Shown here in pieces: positions 43,726-55,028 of a stretch of 55,168 bases of DNA. Under the pieces are notes generated by a model. That model had not been told where the DNA came from. It did not search any database and worked only from the letters and a program-made list of their open reading frames with translations. A program made the translations under genes and the position numbers. How positions within the stretch are numbered: position 1 is the first letter of the stretch; every line of letters begins with the position of its first letter. Where the stretch lies: NCBI GenBank assembly GCA_022705165.1, contig JAKJEY010000001.1, positions 26,012 to 81,179 of the forward strand, read 5' to 3'. Origin of the DNA: Pseudomonadota bacterium. GTDB taxonomy: Bacteria; Pseudomonadota; Gammaproteobacteria; Burkholderiales; Rhodocyclaceae.

Positions 43726-45639
43726 TCAGCGCTCCTTGCTTTCCAGGACCGCCTTGTTGATCTCGACCTTGTAGCGCTGACGCAGGCCCGTCAGATAGGC
43801 GGTGAAATCCTCCTGCGCCGTCATGTTTTCGTAATCACGCTGCAGGACGCGGCGCTTGTCGGCATCGACCGTCGCGAGCGGCTTTACAGCCATGATCTTG
43901 TAGAGCGCATAGCCGCCATTGTTCGGCAATTCGACGCCGGTGTAGGCGGGCAGCTTGCTGACATCGGCACGGAAGATGGCCTGCAGCGCCGGTGCGGTCA
44001 CCTGCTTGCCCTGCAGCCGGGAGACGTTCTTGACCAGGGCCCAGTTGATCTTGTCCTGGCCGCCCTTCAGTTCGGCCAGGCGTTCCTCGCCCTTCTTCTT
44101 CGCCAGCGCCGTGGCTTCCTTCGCCTTGAGCATTGTCTCGATGTCGGCACGCACGCTTTCGAACGGGCGTACCGAGGCCGGCTTATGTTCCAGCACACGC
44201 GCAGCAACGAGCGTGTTCTGCGCTACTTCGACGGTGTCGGTGTTGCGCTTGTTCTTCACTGCATCCTCGGTGAACAGAGCAGCCAGCAATTTCTCGTTGC
44301 CCAGCGGGCCGAGCGAGGCCAGTGCCTGTTGCGGAACCTGCCGCGGCAGCAGCGGCGACTGCTGGAGTTTCAGCTTGAATTTCTCGACCACCGGCGCGAG
44401 GCTGTCCGACTGCTCATAGACCATGTTGGTAAAGGCCTCGGCCGCTTCCGCGTAACGCTTCTGGGCACCCTGACGCTTCAGTTCGCCCTCGATCTCGGCA
44501 CGCACCTCATCGAGCTTTTTCTGCTTGCCTTCCTTGATGCCGGTGACCTTGATGATGTGGAAACCGAAATCCGACTGCACGAGCCCCGACAGTTCACCCT
44601 GCTTCTGCTTGAATACCGCTTCCTCGAAGGGCTTGACCATCATGCCGCGGCCGAAAAAGCCAAGGTCGCCGCCGTTGGCCGCAGAACCGGGGTCCTGCGA
44701 ATGCTGCCTGGCGAGTTCGGCGAATTTCGTCGGGTTCTTCTGTACGTCCTTGAGCACTTCCTCGGCCTTCGCTTTTGCCTTGGCCTTCTCGGTATCGGAT
44801 GCGCCTGCGGCGAGCGTGATCAGGATGTGGCTGGCACGACGCTCCTCCTGCTGCTGATAGCGGCTGAGATGAGCTTCGTACCAGGCCTTGACCTCGGCAT
44901 CGCTGACAGCAACCTGCGACAGCAGGCCGTCGAGCGAAAGCACGACGTATTCGGCGCGAACCAGTTCCGGCGTCTGGAACTGCTTCTGGTTTTCGTCATA
45001 GAACTTCTTCGCGGCATCCGCCTCGAGCTTGATCTCGCCGGCAAATTGCTCCGGCGTGATACGGATTTCGGCGACCTGACGCTCCTCGGACTGGATGCGC
45101 AGCATCATCTCGGCCGACACGCTCGACACGATGCCGGTGTCGCCGATCGCGCCAACCAGCTGCTGCATGATCATGTCCTGGCGCAGGCGCGCCTCGAACT
45201 GCTCGGGCGACATGCCCTGCGCGGCCAATGCGGCTTCGTAGCGCGCCTTGGAAAACTTGCCATCGACCTGCAGCGAGGGCATGGTGCTGATGATCTCGAC
45301 CAGCAACGCGTTGCTGACACCAAGACGGCCCTTGTTCGCTTCGAGCAGCAACAGGCGCTGATCGACCAGCGAGTTGGCGACGGCCAGCCGCATCTCGGGG
45401 GTATCGAAGGTTTCCTGCCGGAAGCTCGGTCCCATCTGCTGACGGGCGCGGTCCATCTGCTCACGCCAGGATTGCTGGAACTGCTGCAGCGAGATCTTGG
45501 ACTCACCGACCGAGGCAACGTCATTGCCTGGACCGGCGCTGCGCACATACGAATCGACGCCCCAGAATGCAAACGGTAGCGTGATCAGGGCCAGGAAGAC
45601 CTGGACGATTCTCTTGTTGTTGCGGACGGCGTCGAACAT
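43726..45639 (-). CDS. ppiD: Periplasmic chaperone PpiD (SurA N-terminal + parvulin domains)
   Basis: N-terminal TM (PFAFWG); RRASHIL, SQDPGSA.NGGDLG and FGFHII motifs; position after lon and tRNAs. Confidence 0.92.
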   Translation of the reverse strand: MFDAVRNNKRIVQVFLALITLPFAFWGVDSYVRSAGPGNDVASVGESKISLQQFQQSWREQMDRARQQMGPSFRQETFDTPEMRLAVANSLVDQRLLLLEANKGRLGVSNALLVEIISTMPSLQVDGKFSKARYEAALAAQGMSPEQFEARLRQDMIMQQLVGAIGDTGIVSSVSAEMMLRIQSEERQVAEIRITPEQFAGEIKLEADAAKKFYDENQKQFQTPELVRAEYVVLSLDGLLSQVAVSDAEVKAWYEAHLSRYQQQEERRASHILITLAAGASDTEKAKAKAKAEEVLKDVQKNPTKFAELARQHSQDPGSAANGGDLGFFGRGMMVKPFEEAVFKQKQGELSGLVQSDFGFHIIKVTGIKEGKQKKLDEVRAEIEGELKRQGAQKRYAEAAEAFTNMVYEQSDSLAPVVEKFKLKLQQSPLLPRQVPQQALASLGPLGNEKLLAALFTEDAVKNKRNTDTVEVAQNTLVAARVLEHKPASVRPFESVRADIETMLKAKEATALAKKKGEERLAELKGGQDKINWALVKNVSRLQGKQVTAPALQAIFRADVSKLPAYTGVELPNNGGYALYKIMAVKPLATVDADKRRVLQRDYENMTAQEDFTAYLTGLRQRYKVEINKAVLESKER

Positions 45640-45682
45640 GGCGAATTCGCTCTCTCGGCTCTCGGTTCCGTAGCTACGTAAC

Positions 45683-45708
45683 AAAAAAGGCGAACTCACG
45701 TTCGCCTT
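45683..45708 (-). terminator. Terminator after tRNA-Asp
   Basis: AAGGCGAAC/GTTCGCCTT stem with a U-tract on the minus strand. Confidence 0.75.
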
Positions 45709-45718
45709 CCGGTAATTT

Positions 45719-45795
45719 TGGCGGAGTGGACGGGACTCGAACCCGCGACCCCCGGCGTGACAGGCCGGTATTCTAACCGACTGAACTACCACTCC
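45719..45795 (-). tRNA. tRNA-Asp(GUC)
   Basis: GGAGTGGTAGTTCAGTCGG start; anticodon GTC; CCA end. Confidence 0.97.
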
Positions 45796-45816
45796 GCGTC
45801 GGTACAACGTTTTGCT

Positions 45817-45892
45817 TGGTGGGTGCTGACGGGCTCGAACCGCCGACATCCAGCTTGTAAGGCTAGCGCTCTACCAACTGAGCTAAGCACCC
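45817..45892 (-). tRNA. tRNA-Val(UAC)
   Basis: GGGTGCTTAGCTCAG start; anticodon TAC; CCA end. Confidence 0.97.
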
Positions 45893-46004
45893 GTGCCTGA
45901 TGGCTTGAAGCGAAGGCGCGATTCTACAGCAACTGCGGGCGCATTTCCAACTTCAGTGCCTGCCGAAGGACGCGGGGCGGAACAGAACATCCCGCCCCTT
46001 CGCA

Positions 46005-48422
46005 TCAATGGGTAACGACGTTGGTGGCCGTAGCCTCTGCCGTCCCCGCGTCCGCCGCCGGCGCAGCAGACGGCTCGTCGGGCAACGCCGACGGCTTGCT
46101 CTCGAGTGCGTGCTCGAGCACCTGATCGATCCAGCGCACCGGAATGATCTCGAGCTTGTTCTTGATGTTGTCGGGAATCTCGGCGAGATCCTTGACGTTC
46201 TCTTCCGGAATCAGCGCACGCGACAGCCCGCCACGAACCGCCGCCAGCAGTTTTTCCTTGAGCCCGCCGATCGCCAGCACTTCGCCGCGCAGCGTGATCT
46301 CGCCGGTCATGGCGATATCGCAGCGCACCGGGATGCCGGTATAGGCCGACACCAGGGCCGTGGAAATCGCGATACCGGCCGAGGGACCATCCTTGGGCGT
46401 CGCCCCTTCGGGGAAGTGCACATGGATGTCGGTCTTCTCGAAACGCTCATCGGCAATGCCGAGCTTGCGGGCACGGGCACGTACGACGGTGCGCGCGGCC
46501 TCGACCGACTCCTTCATGACATCGCCCAGGCTGCCGGTGCGCATCGTATTGCCCTTGCCCGGCATCAGCGCGCATTCGATGGTCAGCAGTTCTCCGCCGA
46601 CCTCGGTCCAGGCGAGACCGGTCACCTGACCGACCTGATTTTCCTTCTCGGCCATGCCGAAGGTGTAGCGGCGCACCCCCAGGTATTTGTCGAGATTCTT
46701 GGCGTTGACGATGATCTTGCTCTCGCGCTTCTTCAGCAGCAGCGTCTTCACGACCTTGCGGCAGATCTTCGACACCTCGCGTTCCAGCGCACGCACGCCG
46801 GCTTCACGGGTGTAGTAGCGGACGATGTCGCGCAGCGCGGAATCGCTCACGGTCAATTCGGTTTTCTTGACGCCGTTGGCCTTCATCTGCTTGGGCAGCA
46901 GGTAGCGTTCGGCGATATTGACCTTCTCGTCCTCGGTGTAGCCGGACAGGCGGATCACTTCCATGCGGTCGAGCAACGGCGCCGGGATGTTCATCGTGTT
47001 AGCGGTTGCGACGAACATCACGTCGGAAAGATCGAAGTCGACCTCGACGTAGTGATCCTGGAAAGTGTGGTTCTGCTCGGGATCGAGCACTTCCAGCAAC
47101 GCCGAAGACGGGTCGCCACGAAAATCCTGGCCGAGCTTGTCGACTTCGTCAAGCAGGAACAACGGGTTGCGTACGGCAACCTTCGACAGGCTCTGCAGGA
47201 TCTTGCCCGGCATGGAACCGATGTAGGTACGACGGTGACCGCGGATCTCGGCCTCGTCACGCACGCCACCCAGTGCCATGCGCACGAACTTGCGGTTCGT
47301 GGCCTTGGCGATCGACTGGCCGAGCGAGGTCTTGCCGACACCTGGAGGGCCGACGAGGCACAGGATCGGCGCCTTCAGCTTGTCGACACGCTGCTGTACG
47401 GCAAGATACTCGAGGATGCGCTCCTTGACGCGCTCAAGGCCGTAGTGGTCCTTGTCGAGCACCTTCTGCGCTTCCGGCAGATCCTTGCTGATGCGCGTCT
47501 TCTTGCGCCAGGGCAGGCCGATCAGTGTCTCGATGTAGTTGCGCACGACGGTCGCTTCGGCCGACATCGGCGACATCAGCTTCAGCTTCTTCAGTTCGCC
47601 GTTGGCCTTGGCCAGACCTTCCTTGGTCATGCCGGCGGCCTTGATCTTCTTGTCCAGCTCCTCAAGGTCGGCACCTTCCTCGCCCTCGCCAAGCTCCTTC
47701 TGGATCGCCTTGACCTGTTCGTTCAGGTAGTACTCGCGCTGACTCTTCTCCATCTGGCGCTTGACGCGCCCGCGGATGCGCTTCTCGACCTGCAGGATGT
47801 CGATTTCGGATTCCAGCTGCGACAGCAGGCGCTCGATGCGCGCCTTGACGTCGATCATCTCCAGCACTTCCTGCTTCTGCTCCAGCTTGAGCGGCAGGTG
47901 CGCGGCAATGGTGTCCGAAAGGCGGCCGGCTTCCTCGATGCCGGCGATCGAGGTCAGCACCTCGGGCGGGATCTTCTTGTTCAGCTTGACGTACTGGTCG
48001 AACTGCGCGATCACGGCGCGGCGCATCGCCTCGACTTCGTGATTGGCACCGTCGTCATTGCCGAGCGGCGTGGCCGTCGCCGTAAACATGTTCTCGCCAG
48101 CGACGATCGCGTCTACGGTGGCGCGCTGCGTTCCTTCGACCAGCACCTTCACGGTGCCATCCGGCAGCTTCAGCATCTGCAGGATGTTGGCGATGCAGCC
48201 GATGCGGTAGAGATCCTCTTCCGAGGGCTCATCCTTGGCCGCGGATTTCTGGGCAACGAGCAGAATGCTCTTGCCGGCCTCCATTGCAGCCTCCAGCGCC
48301 TTGATCGACTTCGGACGACCGACGAAGAGCGGGATGACCATATGCGGGAACACGACCACGTCGCGCAGAGGCAACAGCGGCAGTTCCAGGGGTTCGGAAG
48401 GCAGGTTGGGGGTATTCGACAT
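46005..48422 (-). CDS. lon: Lon protease
   Basis: [10 protein letters not shown]; GPPGVGKTS; catalytic PKDGPSAG. Confidence 0.99.
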   Translation of the reverse strand: MSNTPNLPSEPLELPLLPLRDVVVFPHMVIPLFVGRPKSIKALEAAMEAGKSILLVAQKSAAKDEPSEEDLYRIGCIANILQMLKLPDGTVKVLVEGTQRATVDAIVAGENMFTATATPLGNDDGANHEVEAMRRAVIAQFDQYVKLNKKIPPEVLTSIAGIEEAGRLSDTIAAHLPLKLEQKQEVLEMIDVKARIERLLSQLESEIDILQVEKRIRGRVKRQMEKSQREYYLNEQVKAIQKELGEGEEGADLEELDKKIKAAGMTKEGLAKANGELKKLKLMSPMSAEATVVRNYIETLIGLPWRKKTRISKDLPEAQKVLDKDHYGLERVKERILEYLAVQQRVDKLKAPILCLVGPPGVGKTSLGQSIAKATNRKFVRMALGGVRDEAEIRGHRRTYIGSMPGKILQSLSKVAVRNPLFLLDEVDKLGQDFRGDPSSALLEVLDPEQNHTFQDHYVEVDFDLSDVMFVATANTMNIPAPLLDRMEVIRLSGYTEDEKVNIAERYLLPKQMKANGVKKTELTVSDSALRDIVRYYTREAGVRALEREVSKICRKVVKTLLLKKRESKIIVNAKNLDKYLGVRRYTFGMAEKENQVGQVTGLAWTEVGGELLTIECALMPGKGNTMRTGSLGDVMKESVEAARTVVRARARKLGIADERFEKTDIHVHFPEGATPKDGPSAGIAISTALVSAYTGIPVRCDIAMTGEITLRGEVLAIGGLKEKLLAAVRGGLSRALIPEENVKDLAEIPDNIKNKLEIIPVRWIDQVLEHALESKPSALPDEPSAAPAADAGTAEATATNVVTH

Positions 48423-48454
48423 CTCGAGTGCCTTTTGAGTGAAAGTCATGCCCC

Positions 48455-48482
48455 AGATGGGGACATGAAACCGGAAATCAAG
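48455..48482 (-). promoter_or_regulatory. sigma32 heat-shock promoter of lon
   Basis: CTTGA-N15-CCCCATCT matches the RpoH consensus. Confidence 0.75.
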
Positions 48483-48511
48483 CAGTCCCCACCCAAGGGC
48501 GGGGCTGCACC

Positions 48512-49783
48512 TCAGTTGGAACCGGAGACCTTGGGCTGGTCGGCGTAGATCAGCAGCGGCTTGTTATCGCCGCTGATCATGTTCTCGTCGACAACCACCT
48601 TTGAGACATTTTCCATGCCGGGAAGTTCGTACATCGTGTCGAGCAGCACTGATTCGAGTATGGAGCGCAAACCGCGCGCGCCCGTCTTGCGCTCGACCGC
48701 CTTCTTTGCAACCGCCTGCAGCGCACCAGGGCGAATTTCCAGCTCGACGCCTTCCATCGAGAACAGTTTCTGGTACTGCTTGACCAGTGCGTTCTTCGGC
48801 TCGATCAGGATCTCGACCAGCGCCTCGATCGACAGTTCCTCGAGCGTGGCAACGACCGGCAGTCGTCCGATCAGTTCCGGGATCAGGCCGAACTTGATCA
48901 GATCCTCCGGCTCGACCAAGCGGAACACTTCGCCGACGGCCTTCTTGTCGTCCTTGCTCTTCACCTCGGCGCCGAAGCCGATGCCACCCTTCTCGGAGCG
49001 GTTGCGGATGACCTTTTCCAGGCCATCGAAAGCACCACCGCAGATGAAGAGGATGTTGGTCGTGTCGACCTGGACGAAATCCTGGTTCGGATGCTTGCGC
49101 CCGCCCTGCGGCGGCACGCTGGCGACGGTGCCTTCGATCAGCTTGAGCAGCGCCTGTTGCACGCCTTCACCCGATACATCGCGGGTGATGCTTGGGTTTT
49201 CTCCACGTCGAGAAATCTTATCAATTTCATCAATGTAAACAATACCCTGCTGTGCCTTCTCGACCTCGTAGTCGCACTTCTGCAGCAGCTTCTGGATGAT
49301 GTTCTCGACGTCTTCGCCGACATAGCCGGCTTCGGTCAGCGTCGTCGCATCTGCCATGACGAATGGGACGTTGAGCAGACGGGCGAGCGTCTGCGCCAGC
49401 AGCGTCTTGCCCGAACCGGTCGGGCCGATGAGGAGGATGTTGCTCTTGGCCAGCTCGACGTCGTCGGTATTCTTTGCGTGATGGCGCAGGCGCTTGTAGT
49501 GGTTGTAGACAGCCACCGACAGGATGCGCTTGGCAGGTTCCTGGCCGATCACGTACTGGTCGAGGATCGAGCAGATCTCGCGCGGAATCGGTAATTCCGA
49601 ACGCGCCGGCTTGCCATCCTCGGCACCTGCAATTTCGTCACGGATGATGTCGTTGCAGAGCTCGATGCACTCGTCGCAGATGAAGACCGACGGCCCGGCG
49701 ATGAGCTTCTTCACTTCATGCTGGCTCTTGCCGCAGAAGGAGCAATAGAGCAGCTTCTCGCTGCCACTTTTCTTTTCGGACAT
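48512..49783 (-). CDS. clpX: ClpX ATPase
   Basis: CSFCGK zinc domain; GPTGSGKT; YIDEIDK; IGF loop. Confidence 0.99.
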   Translation of the reverse strand: MSEKKSGSEKLLYCSFCGKSQHEVKKLIAGPSVFICDECIELCNDIIRDEIAGAEDGKPARSELPIPREICSILDQYVIGQEPAKRILSVAVYNHYKRLRHHAKNTDDVELAKSNILLIGPTGSGKTLLAQTLARLLNVPFVMADATTLTEAGYVGEDVENIIQKLLQKCDYEVEKAQQGIVYIDEIDKISRRGENPSITRDVSGEGVQQALLKLIEGTVASVPPQGGRKHPNQDFVQVDTTNILFICGGAFDGLEKVIRNRSEKGGIGFGAEVKSKDDKKAVGEVFRLVEPEDLIKFGLIPELIGRLPVVATLEELSIEALVEILIEPKNALVKQYQKLFSMEGVELEIRPGALQAVAKKAVERKTGARGLRSILESVLLDTMYELPGMENVSKVVVDENMISGDNKPLLIYADQPKVSGSN

Positions 49784-49839
49784 GTTCCGTCTTCCTTCCG
49801 TCTTCTCGTTCTTGCGGGGATGCCCGACGACCCGCCGGA

Positions 49840-50466
49840 TCAGACGCCTTCGCGCGTCACCAGCACCTTGTCGATCAGCCCGTATTCTGCCGCTTCTGCC
49901 GCAGAAAGGAAATTGTCGCGATCGGTGTCCTTTTCGATGCGATCGACCGGCTGACCGGTATGCAAGGCCATGATTTCGTTCAGTTTCGCGCGCAACGACA
50001 GGATTTCCTTGGCGTGAATGGCGATGTCGGACGCCTGCCCCTGGAAACCGCCCATCGGCTGGTGGATCATCACGCGCGAATTCGGCAGCGCAAAACGCTT
50101 GCCCTTGGTGCCGGCGGCGAGCAGGAAAGCCCCCATCGAGGCGGCCTGGCCCATGCACAGCGTCGACACATCGGGCTTGATGAACTGCATCGTGTCGTAG
50201 ATCGACAGGCCGGCAGTCACCGAACCGCCGGGCGAGTTGATGTAGAAATAGATATCCTTGTCCGGATTTTCGGCTTCGAGGAAGAGGAGCTGCGCTACCA
50301 CCAGGTTGGCCGTCGCGTCGTTGACGGGGCCGACAAGGAAGATGACGCGCTCTTTCAGCAGGCGCGAGTAGATGTCGTAGGCGCGCTCGCCCCGACCGCT
50401 CTGTTCGATCACCATCGGCACAAGGCCGAGGGCTTGCGGATCCCAGTTGCTCTGGCTGTCAATCAT
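49840..50466 (-). CDS. clpP: ClpP protease
   Basis: [16 protein letters not shown] and MIHQP motifs. Confidence 0.99.
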   Translation of the reverse strand: MIDSQSNWDPQALGLVPMVIEQSGRGERAYDIYSRLLKERVIFLVGPVNDATANLVVAQLLFLEAENPDKDIYFYINSPGGSVTAGLSIYDTMQFIKPDVSTLCMGQAASMGAFLLAAGTKGKRFALPNSRVMIHQPMGGFQGQASDIAIHAKEILSLRAKLNEIMALHTGQPVDRIEKDTDRDNFLSAAEAAEYGLIDKVLVTREGV

Positions 50467-50491
50467 GCCTGTTCCTCGAAGTTCAATCAGC

Positions 50492-51823
50492 TCAGGCCGG
50501 CTGCTGCTGGCCCATCAGTTCGTCGAAGGCTACCGCCTTGTCGGTCACCTTGGCAACGGACAGCACATAGCTGACGACGTTATCCTCGATCGCGACGCCT
50601 TCGATCTCCTGCAGGCGCTGCGGCTGGGCGTAGTACCAGCGGACGACCTCTTCCGGATGCTCGTAGCTCTCGGCAGCTTCCTCGACGATGGCCTTGACCT
50701 GTTCCGGCTTCGCCTGGAGTTCCTTCTCCTTGACCAGCTCGGCCAGCACGAGGCCCAGCGTCACGCGACGCTTGGCCTGCTCGGCGAACCATTCCGGCTG
50801 GATCGGGAAATCCTTGACCTTCATGCCGCGCTGCTCCATGTCGTTGCGGGCATTTTCCATCAGGCGATGGATTTCCATCTCGACCAGCGCGTTCGGGATG
50901 TCGATCGGATTGGCCTTGATGATGGCTTCCATGACCTGATCCTTGACCTTGCCCAGGATGCGCTTCTTCACTTCGCGCTTCAGGTTGCCGGTGATTTCCT
51001 CGCGCATCTTGGCGATATCGCCATCGGCAACGCCCAGCGTCTTCGCGAACTCGGCATCGACTTCCGGCATGATCGGGCCGCTGACCTTCTTGACGGTGAT
51101 CTCGAAGCTGACCTTCTGGCCAGCCAGTTCCTTGGCGAAATAGTCTTCCGGGAAGGTCATCTCGAAGGTTTTCGACTCACCGGCCTTGAGGCCTTCGACG
51201 GCCGTCTCGAAGTCGGCGAGCATCATGCCCTGGCCGAGCACGAACGGATAGTCGGTGGCCTGGCCGCCCTGGAACGGCTCGCCGTCCTTCTTGCCGAGGA
51301 AATCGATGACGACACGGTCTTCCTTGGCTGCGGCACGGTCGACGGCTTCGTAGCGGATACGCTGCTTGCGCAGGATTTCCAGCGTCTTGTCCACTTCGGC
51401 ATCGGTCACTTCCAGCACCGGGCGCTCGACCTCGGCCGCCGACATGTCACCCAGCTTCACCTCCGGATAGACCTCGAACACCGCGGAAAACTCGACGTGC
51501 GTCGTGCTTTCGGTCTGCTTGGCCTCGATACGCGGATAACCGGCGACACGCAGCTTGGCTTCGACAACGGCAACACCGAAGGCGCGATCGATGGCTTCGT
51601 TCAGCGCCTCGTGACGAGCCTGGTCGCCATACTGCTGACGTACGATGTTCGCCGGCACCTTGCCCGGGCGGAAGCCCGGCAGCTTGACGTTCTTGCCCAT
51701 GCGCTTCAGGCGGGCGTCAACGTCCTTGTCGAGGTCGGCAATGGCCACGGACAGGTCAAGGCGGCGCTCGAGTGCGCTCGGAGCCGGTTGCTGGGCGTTG
51801 GTGTTTTCGGCGTTCGTTTGCAT
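50492..51823 (-). CDS. tig: Trigger factor
   Basis: GFRPGKVP signature; FKBP domain. Confidence 0.98.
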   Translation of the reverse strand: MQTNAENTNAQQPAPSALERRLDLSVAIADLDKDVDARLKRMGKNVKLPGFRPGKVPANIVRQQYGDQARHEALNEAIDRAFGVAVVEAKLRVAGYPRIEAKQTESTTHVEFSAVFEVYPEVKLGDMSAAEVERPVLEVTDAEVDKTLEILRKQRIRYEAVDRAAAKEDRVVIDFLGKKDGEPFQGGQATDYPFVLGQGMMLADFETAVEGLKAGESKTFEMTFPEDYFAKELAGQKVSFEITVKKVSGPIMPEVDAEFAKTLGVADGDIAKMREEITGNLKREVKKRILGKVKDQVMEAIIKANPIDIPNALVEMEIHRLMENARNDMEQRGMKVKDFPIQPEWFAEQAKRRVTLGLVLAELVKEKELQAKPEQVKAIVEEAAESYEHPEEVVRWYYAQPQRLQEIEGVAIEDNVVSYVLSVAKVTDKAVAFDELMGQQQPA

Positions 51824-51958
51824 AGGAAATCCTGATTGAAGCGTGAGAGATTGAGCTGATCGATCAGCGGAATGGCTAAACGGCGAATTCTATCATGGCG
51901 AGACGGCGCGAAGCCATCGACCGGACCCCTTCGCTTGCGCTACAATCGCCCCCGCTGT

Positions 51959-52043
51959 GCGGCGGTGGCGAAATTGGTAGACGCAACAGGTTTAGGTCCT
52001 GTCGCCCTTGGGTGTGGAGGTTCGAGTCCTCTCCGCCGCACCA
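51959..52043 (+). tRNA. tRNA-Leu(UAG)
   Basis: 85 nt; anticodon arm ACAGG-TTTAGGT-CCTGT; long variable arm; CCA end. Confidence 0.97.
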
Positions 52044-52080
52044 GCCTACACAGACGAGCCTGCAACCGCCTTCGCTGCCC

Positions 52081-52890
52081 ATGCCCGTCGACCATTACGA
52101 AAACTTCCCCGTCGCCTCGCTGCTGCTGCCAAAACGGCTGCGCCGCCCTATCGAAGCCATCTATCGCTTCGCACGCTCGGCCGACGACATCGCCGACGAG
52201 GGCGACGCCGCACCGGCGGAACGCCTTGCCAGCCTGGCCGAATACAACGCTCAGCTCGAACGCATCGCGGCCGGAGAACCGGTCGCCGGCCCGATCTTCT
52301 CCCCCCTCGCCCGCGAAATCGCCGAGTGGAAGCTGCCGCTGCAGCTCTTCCGCGACCTGCTCGATGCCTTCGCACAGGATGTCGTCAAGACGCGTTATGC
52401 GAGCTACGCCGAGGTGCTCGACTACTGCCGTCGCTCGGCCAATCCGGTCGGCCGGCTGCTGCTGCATCTGGTCAACCGTGCCACAGACGAGAACCTGCAG
52501 CGTTCCGACGCCATCTGCAGCGCCCTGCAACTGGCCAATTTCTGGCAGGACATCGCCATCGACTGGCAGAAGGACCGCGTCTACCTGCCGCAGGAAGACC
52601 TCGCCCGTTTCGGTGTGAGCGAGTCACAGATCGCCGGCGCCGTCTGCGACGACAACTGGCGGCAACTGCTCGCCTTCGAGCTCGGCCGCACGCGCGACCT
52701 GATGCAGTCGGGCGCGCCGCTGGTTCATGAACTGCCCGGCCGCATGGGCTGGGAAATCCGCTTTACCGTCCAGGGCGGCCTTGCCATCCTGGAGCGAACC
52801 GCCGCGGTGGACGGCGACATCTTCCGTTACCGCCCGAAACTTCGCGCATTCGACTGGCTGCTTCTCGGCGGTCGAGCGCTTATGATGTAG
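52081..52890 (+). CDS. hpnC: Hydroxysqualene synthase HpnC
   Basis: HYENFPVAS, ADDIADE, RRSANPVGR and NFWQD motifs. Confidence 0.95.
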   Translation: MPVDHYENFPVASLLLPKRLRRPIEAIYRFARSADDIADEGDAAPAERLASLAEYNAQLERIAAGEPVAGPIFSPLAREIAEWKLPLQLFRDLLDAFAQDVVKTRYASYAEVLDYCRRSANPVGRLLLHLVNRATDENLQRSDAICSALQLANFWQDIAIDWQKDRVYLPQEDLARFGVSESQIAGAVCDDNWRQLLAFELGRTRDLMQSGAPLVHELPGRMGWEIRFTVQGGLAILERTAAVDGDIFRYRPKLRAFDWLLLGGRALMM

Positions 52891-52894
52891 CCCC

Positions 52895-53731
52895 ATGAAT
52901 CCCGACGACTACTGCCAGCAGAAGGCCGCTTCGAGCGGCTCCAGCTTCTACTACAGCTTCCTCTTCCTGCCGCCGGAGCGCCGGCGCGCGATCACCGCGC
53001 TCTACGCGTTCTGCCGGGAGGTCGACGACGTCGTCGACGAATGCCAGGACCCCTCCATCGCTTCCGCCAAGCTCGTCTGGTGGCGCATGGAAGTGGCGCG
53101 ACTCTACGAGGGCAAGCCGGAACACCCGGTCACGCAGGCACTGCAGGCGGTACTGCCGCAGTTCAACCTGCCGCAGGAACAGTTGCTCGAGATCATCGAC
53201 GGCATGGAGATGGACCTCACCCAGACGCGCTATCTCGACTTCAAGGGCTTGTCGCTCTACTGCTACCGGGTGGCCAGCGTCGTCGGTCTGCTCGCCGCCG
53301 AGATCTTCGGCTATACCGATCGCAGGACGCAGAAATATGCCCACGACCTCGGCATGGCCTTCCAGCTCACCAACATCATCCGCGATGTCGGTGAAGACGC
53401 CCGTCGTGGTCGCATCTACCTGCCGATCGAGGATCTGCAGAAATTCGACGTGAAGGCATCCGAAATCCTCAACGCGCAGTATTCGGACAAATTCCGCCAG
53501 CTCATGGAGTTCCAGATCGCGCGTGCCGAGCAATACTACGAACAGGCCTTCGCCAACCTGCCGGCAGTAGACCGTCGTGCGCAGCGCCCCGGCCTCGTCA
53601 TGGCCGCCATCTACCGCGCCCTGCTCGACGAGATCCGCCGCGACGGCTGCACGGTCCTGACGCAGCGCACATCGCTGACGCCACTTCGCAAGCTGTGGCT
53701 CGCCGTCAAGACCTGGGTCCGCGAGGGCTGA
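52895..53731 (+). CDS. hpnD: Presqualene diphosphate synthase HpnD
   Basis: SGSSFY, CREVDDVVD and LTNIIRDVGED motifs. Confidence 0.95.
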   Translation: MNPDDYCQQKAASSGSSFYYSFLFLPPERRRAITALYAFCREVDDVVDECQDPSIASAKLVWWRMEVARLYEGKPEHPVTQALQAVLPQFNLPQEQLLEIIDGMEMDLTQTRYLDFKGLSLYCYRVASVVGLLAAEIFGYTDRRTQKYAHDLGMAFQLTNIIRDVGEDARRGRIYLPIEDLQKFDVKASEILNAQYSDKFRQLMEFQIARAEQYYEQAFANLPAVDRRAQRPGLVMAAIYRALLDEIRRDGCTVLTQRTSLTPLRKLWLAVKTWVREG

Positions 53732-53735
53732 ACAC

Positions 53736-55028
53736 ATGAGCTGCCTCGGTCGCGTCGCGATCGTCGGCGCCGGCTGGGCCGGGCTTGCCTGTGCCGTCGA
53801 GCTCGTCGCGGCCGGCATCCCGGTCACCGTCTTCGAATCTGCCCGCCAGCCCGGCGGACGGGCGCGCGCTCTCGAAATCGACGGTCGGCGGCTCGATAAC
53901 GGACAGCATCTGCTCGTCGGCGCCTATGGCGAAACCCTGCGCCTGATGCGCCGTATCGGCGCCGCCCCCGAGCGGCTCTTCGAGCGTCGGCCGCTGCAAC
54001 TGGAATTCCCGGGGTATTTTTCACTGCGCGTCCCGGACCTGCCTGCCCCGCTCAACGTCGCCTGCGGCCTTTTCGGCGCGCGCGGCGCCAGCCTCGGTGA
54101 AAAACTCTCCGCTGCCCTGTTCATGCAGCGCCTGAAGCGCCGTCGCTACCGGCTGCTGCGCGACTACAGCGTCACCGAATGGCTCGACGCCGAAGGCCAG
54201 CGGGGCGCACTGCGCCGCTACCTCTGGGAACCGCTCTGTCTCGCCGCGCTCAATACAGCGCCGCGACAGGCATCGGCGCAGGTGTTCGCGAACGTGCTGC
54301 GGGACAGCCTCGGCGGCGGAGGCGACGCCGCCGACATGCTGCTGCCGAAAGCAGATCTCGGGCGCCTTTTTCCCGAGCCGGCAGCGAACTACGTGGCCAC
54401 GCACGGCGGTGAAGTCCGCCTGTCGGCAAGGGTCAGCGCCCTGCAGCGTGACGGCAATGGCTGGCTGCTGGCCTCTGGCGAGCGCAGCGAACGCTTCGAT
54501 CAGGTCGTGCTCGCGATTGCCCCGCAGCATGTACCGCCGCTGCTCATTGCACGCCCGGCGCACGAGGCCTTGCTGGTGCAACTTGCCGACTATGACTATG
54601 AACCGATTGCAACGGCCTATCTCGCCTATCCGCAGGAGACACGATTGTCCTGCCCGATGCTCGGGCTGGCAGGACCGGTCGGGCAATGGGTCTTTGACCG
54701 CGGACAGGCGGGAGGCAACGACGGCATCCTCGCCTTCGTGCTTTCCGCCGAAGGGGGATGGGACGAGCTCGGCGACGCGGAGCTCTGCCAGCGACTGCAC
54801 GACGAACTCGTCGCGGCCGTAGGCCCGCTGCCGGCGCCGCACTGGCAGCGCGTCATCCGCGAACGGCGCGCCACCTTCTCCTGCCGGCCACATCTGCCGC
54901 GCCCGGGGCAGCAGACTGCCGAGCGTGGCCTCTGGCTGGCTGGTGACTACACCTGGGGAGAGTATCCGGCGACACTGGAAGGCGCCGTGAGAAGCGGCGT
55001 TGCCGCCGCACGGGGGATTCTCGGCTAA
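53736..55028 (+). CDS. hpnE: Hydroxysqualene dehydroxylase HpnE
   Basis: GAGWAG, DNGQH, E.RATF and YPATLEGAVRSG motifs. Confidence 0.93.
   Translation: MSCLGRVAIVGAGWAGLACAVELVAAGIPVTVFESARQPGGRARALEIDGRRLDNGQHLLVGAYGETLRLMRRIGAAPERLFERRPLQLEFPGYFSLRVPDLPAPLNVACGLFGARGASLGEKLSAALFMQRLKRRRYRLLRDYSVTEWLDAEGQRGALRRYLWEPLCLAALNTAPRQASAQVFANVLRDSLGGGGDAADMLLPKADLGRLFPEPAANYVATHGGEVRLSARVSALQRDGNGWLLASGERSERFDQVVLAIAPQHVPPLLIARPAHEALLVQLADYDYEPIATAYLAYPQETRLSCPMLGLAGPVGQWVFDRGQAGGNDGILAFVLSAEGGWDELGDAELCQRLHDELVAAVGPLPAPHWQRVIRERRATFSCRPHLPRPGQQTAERGLWLAGDYTWGEYPATLEGAVRSGVAAARGILG

Noticed and set aside
46008-48548. 846-aa plus-strand ORF
   Set aside because: Antisense shadow of lon.
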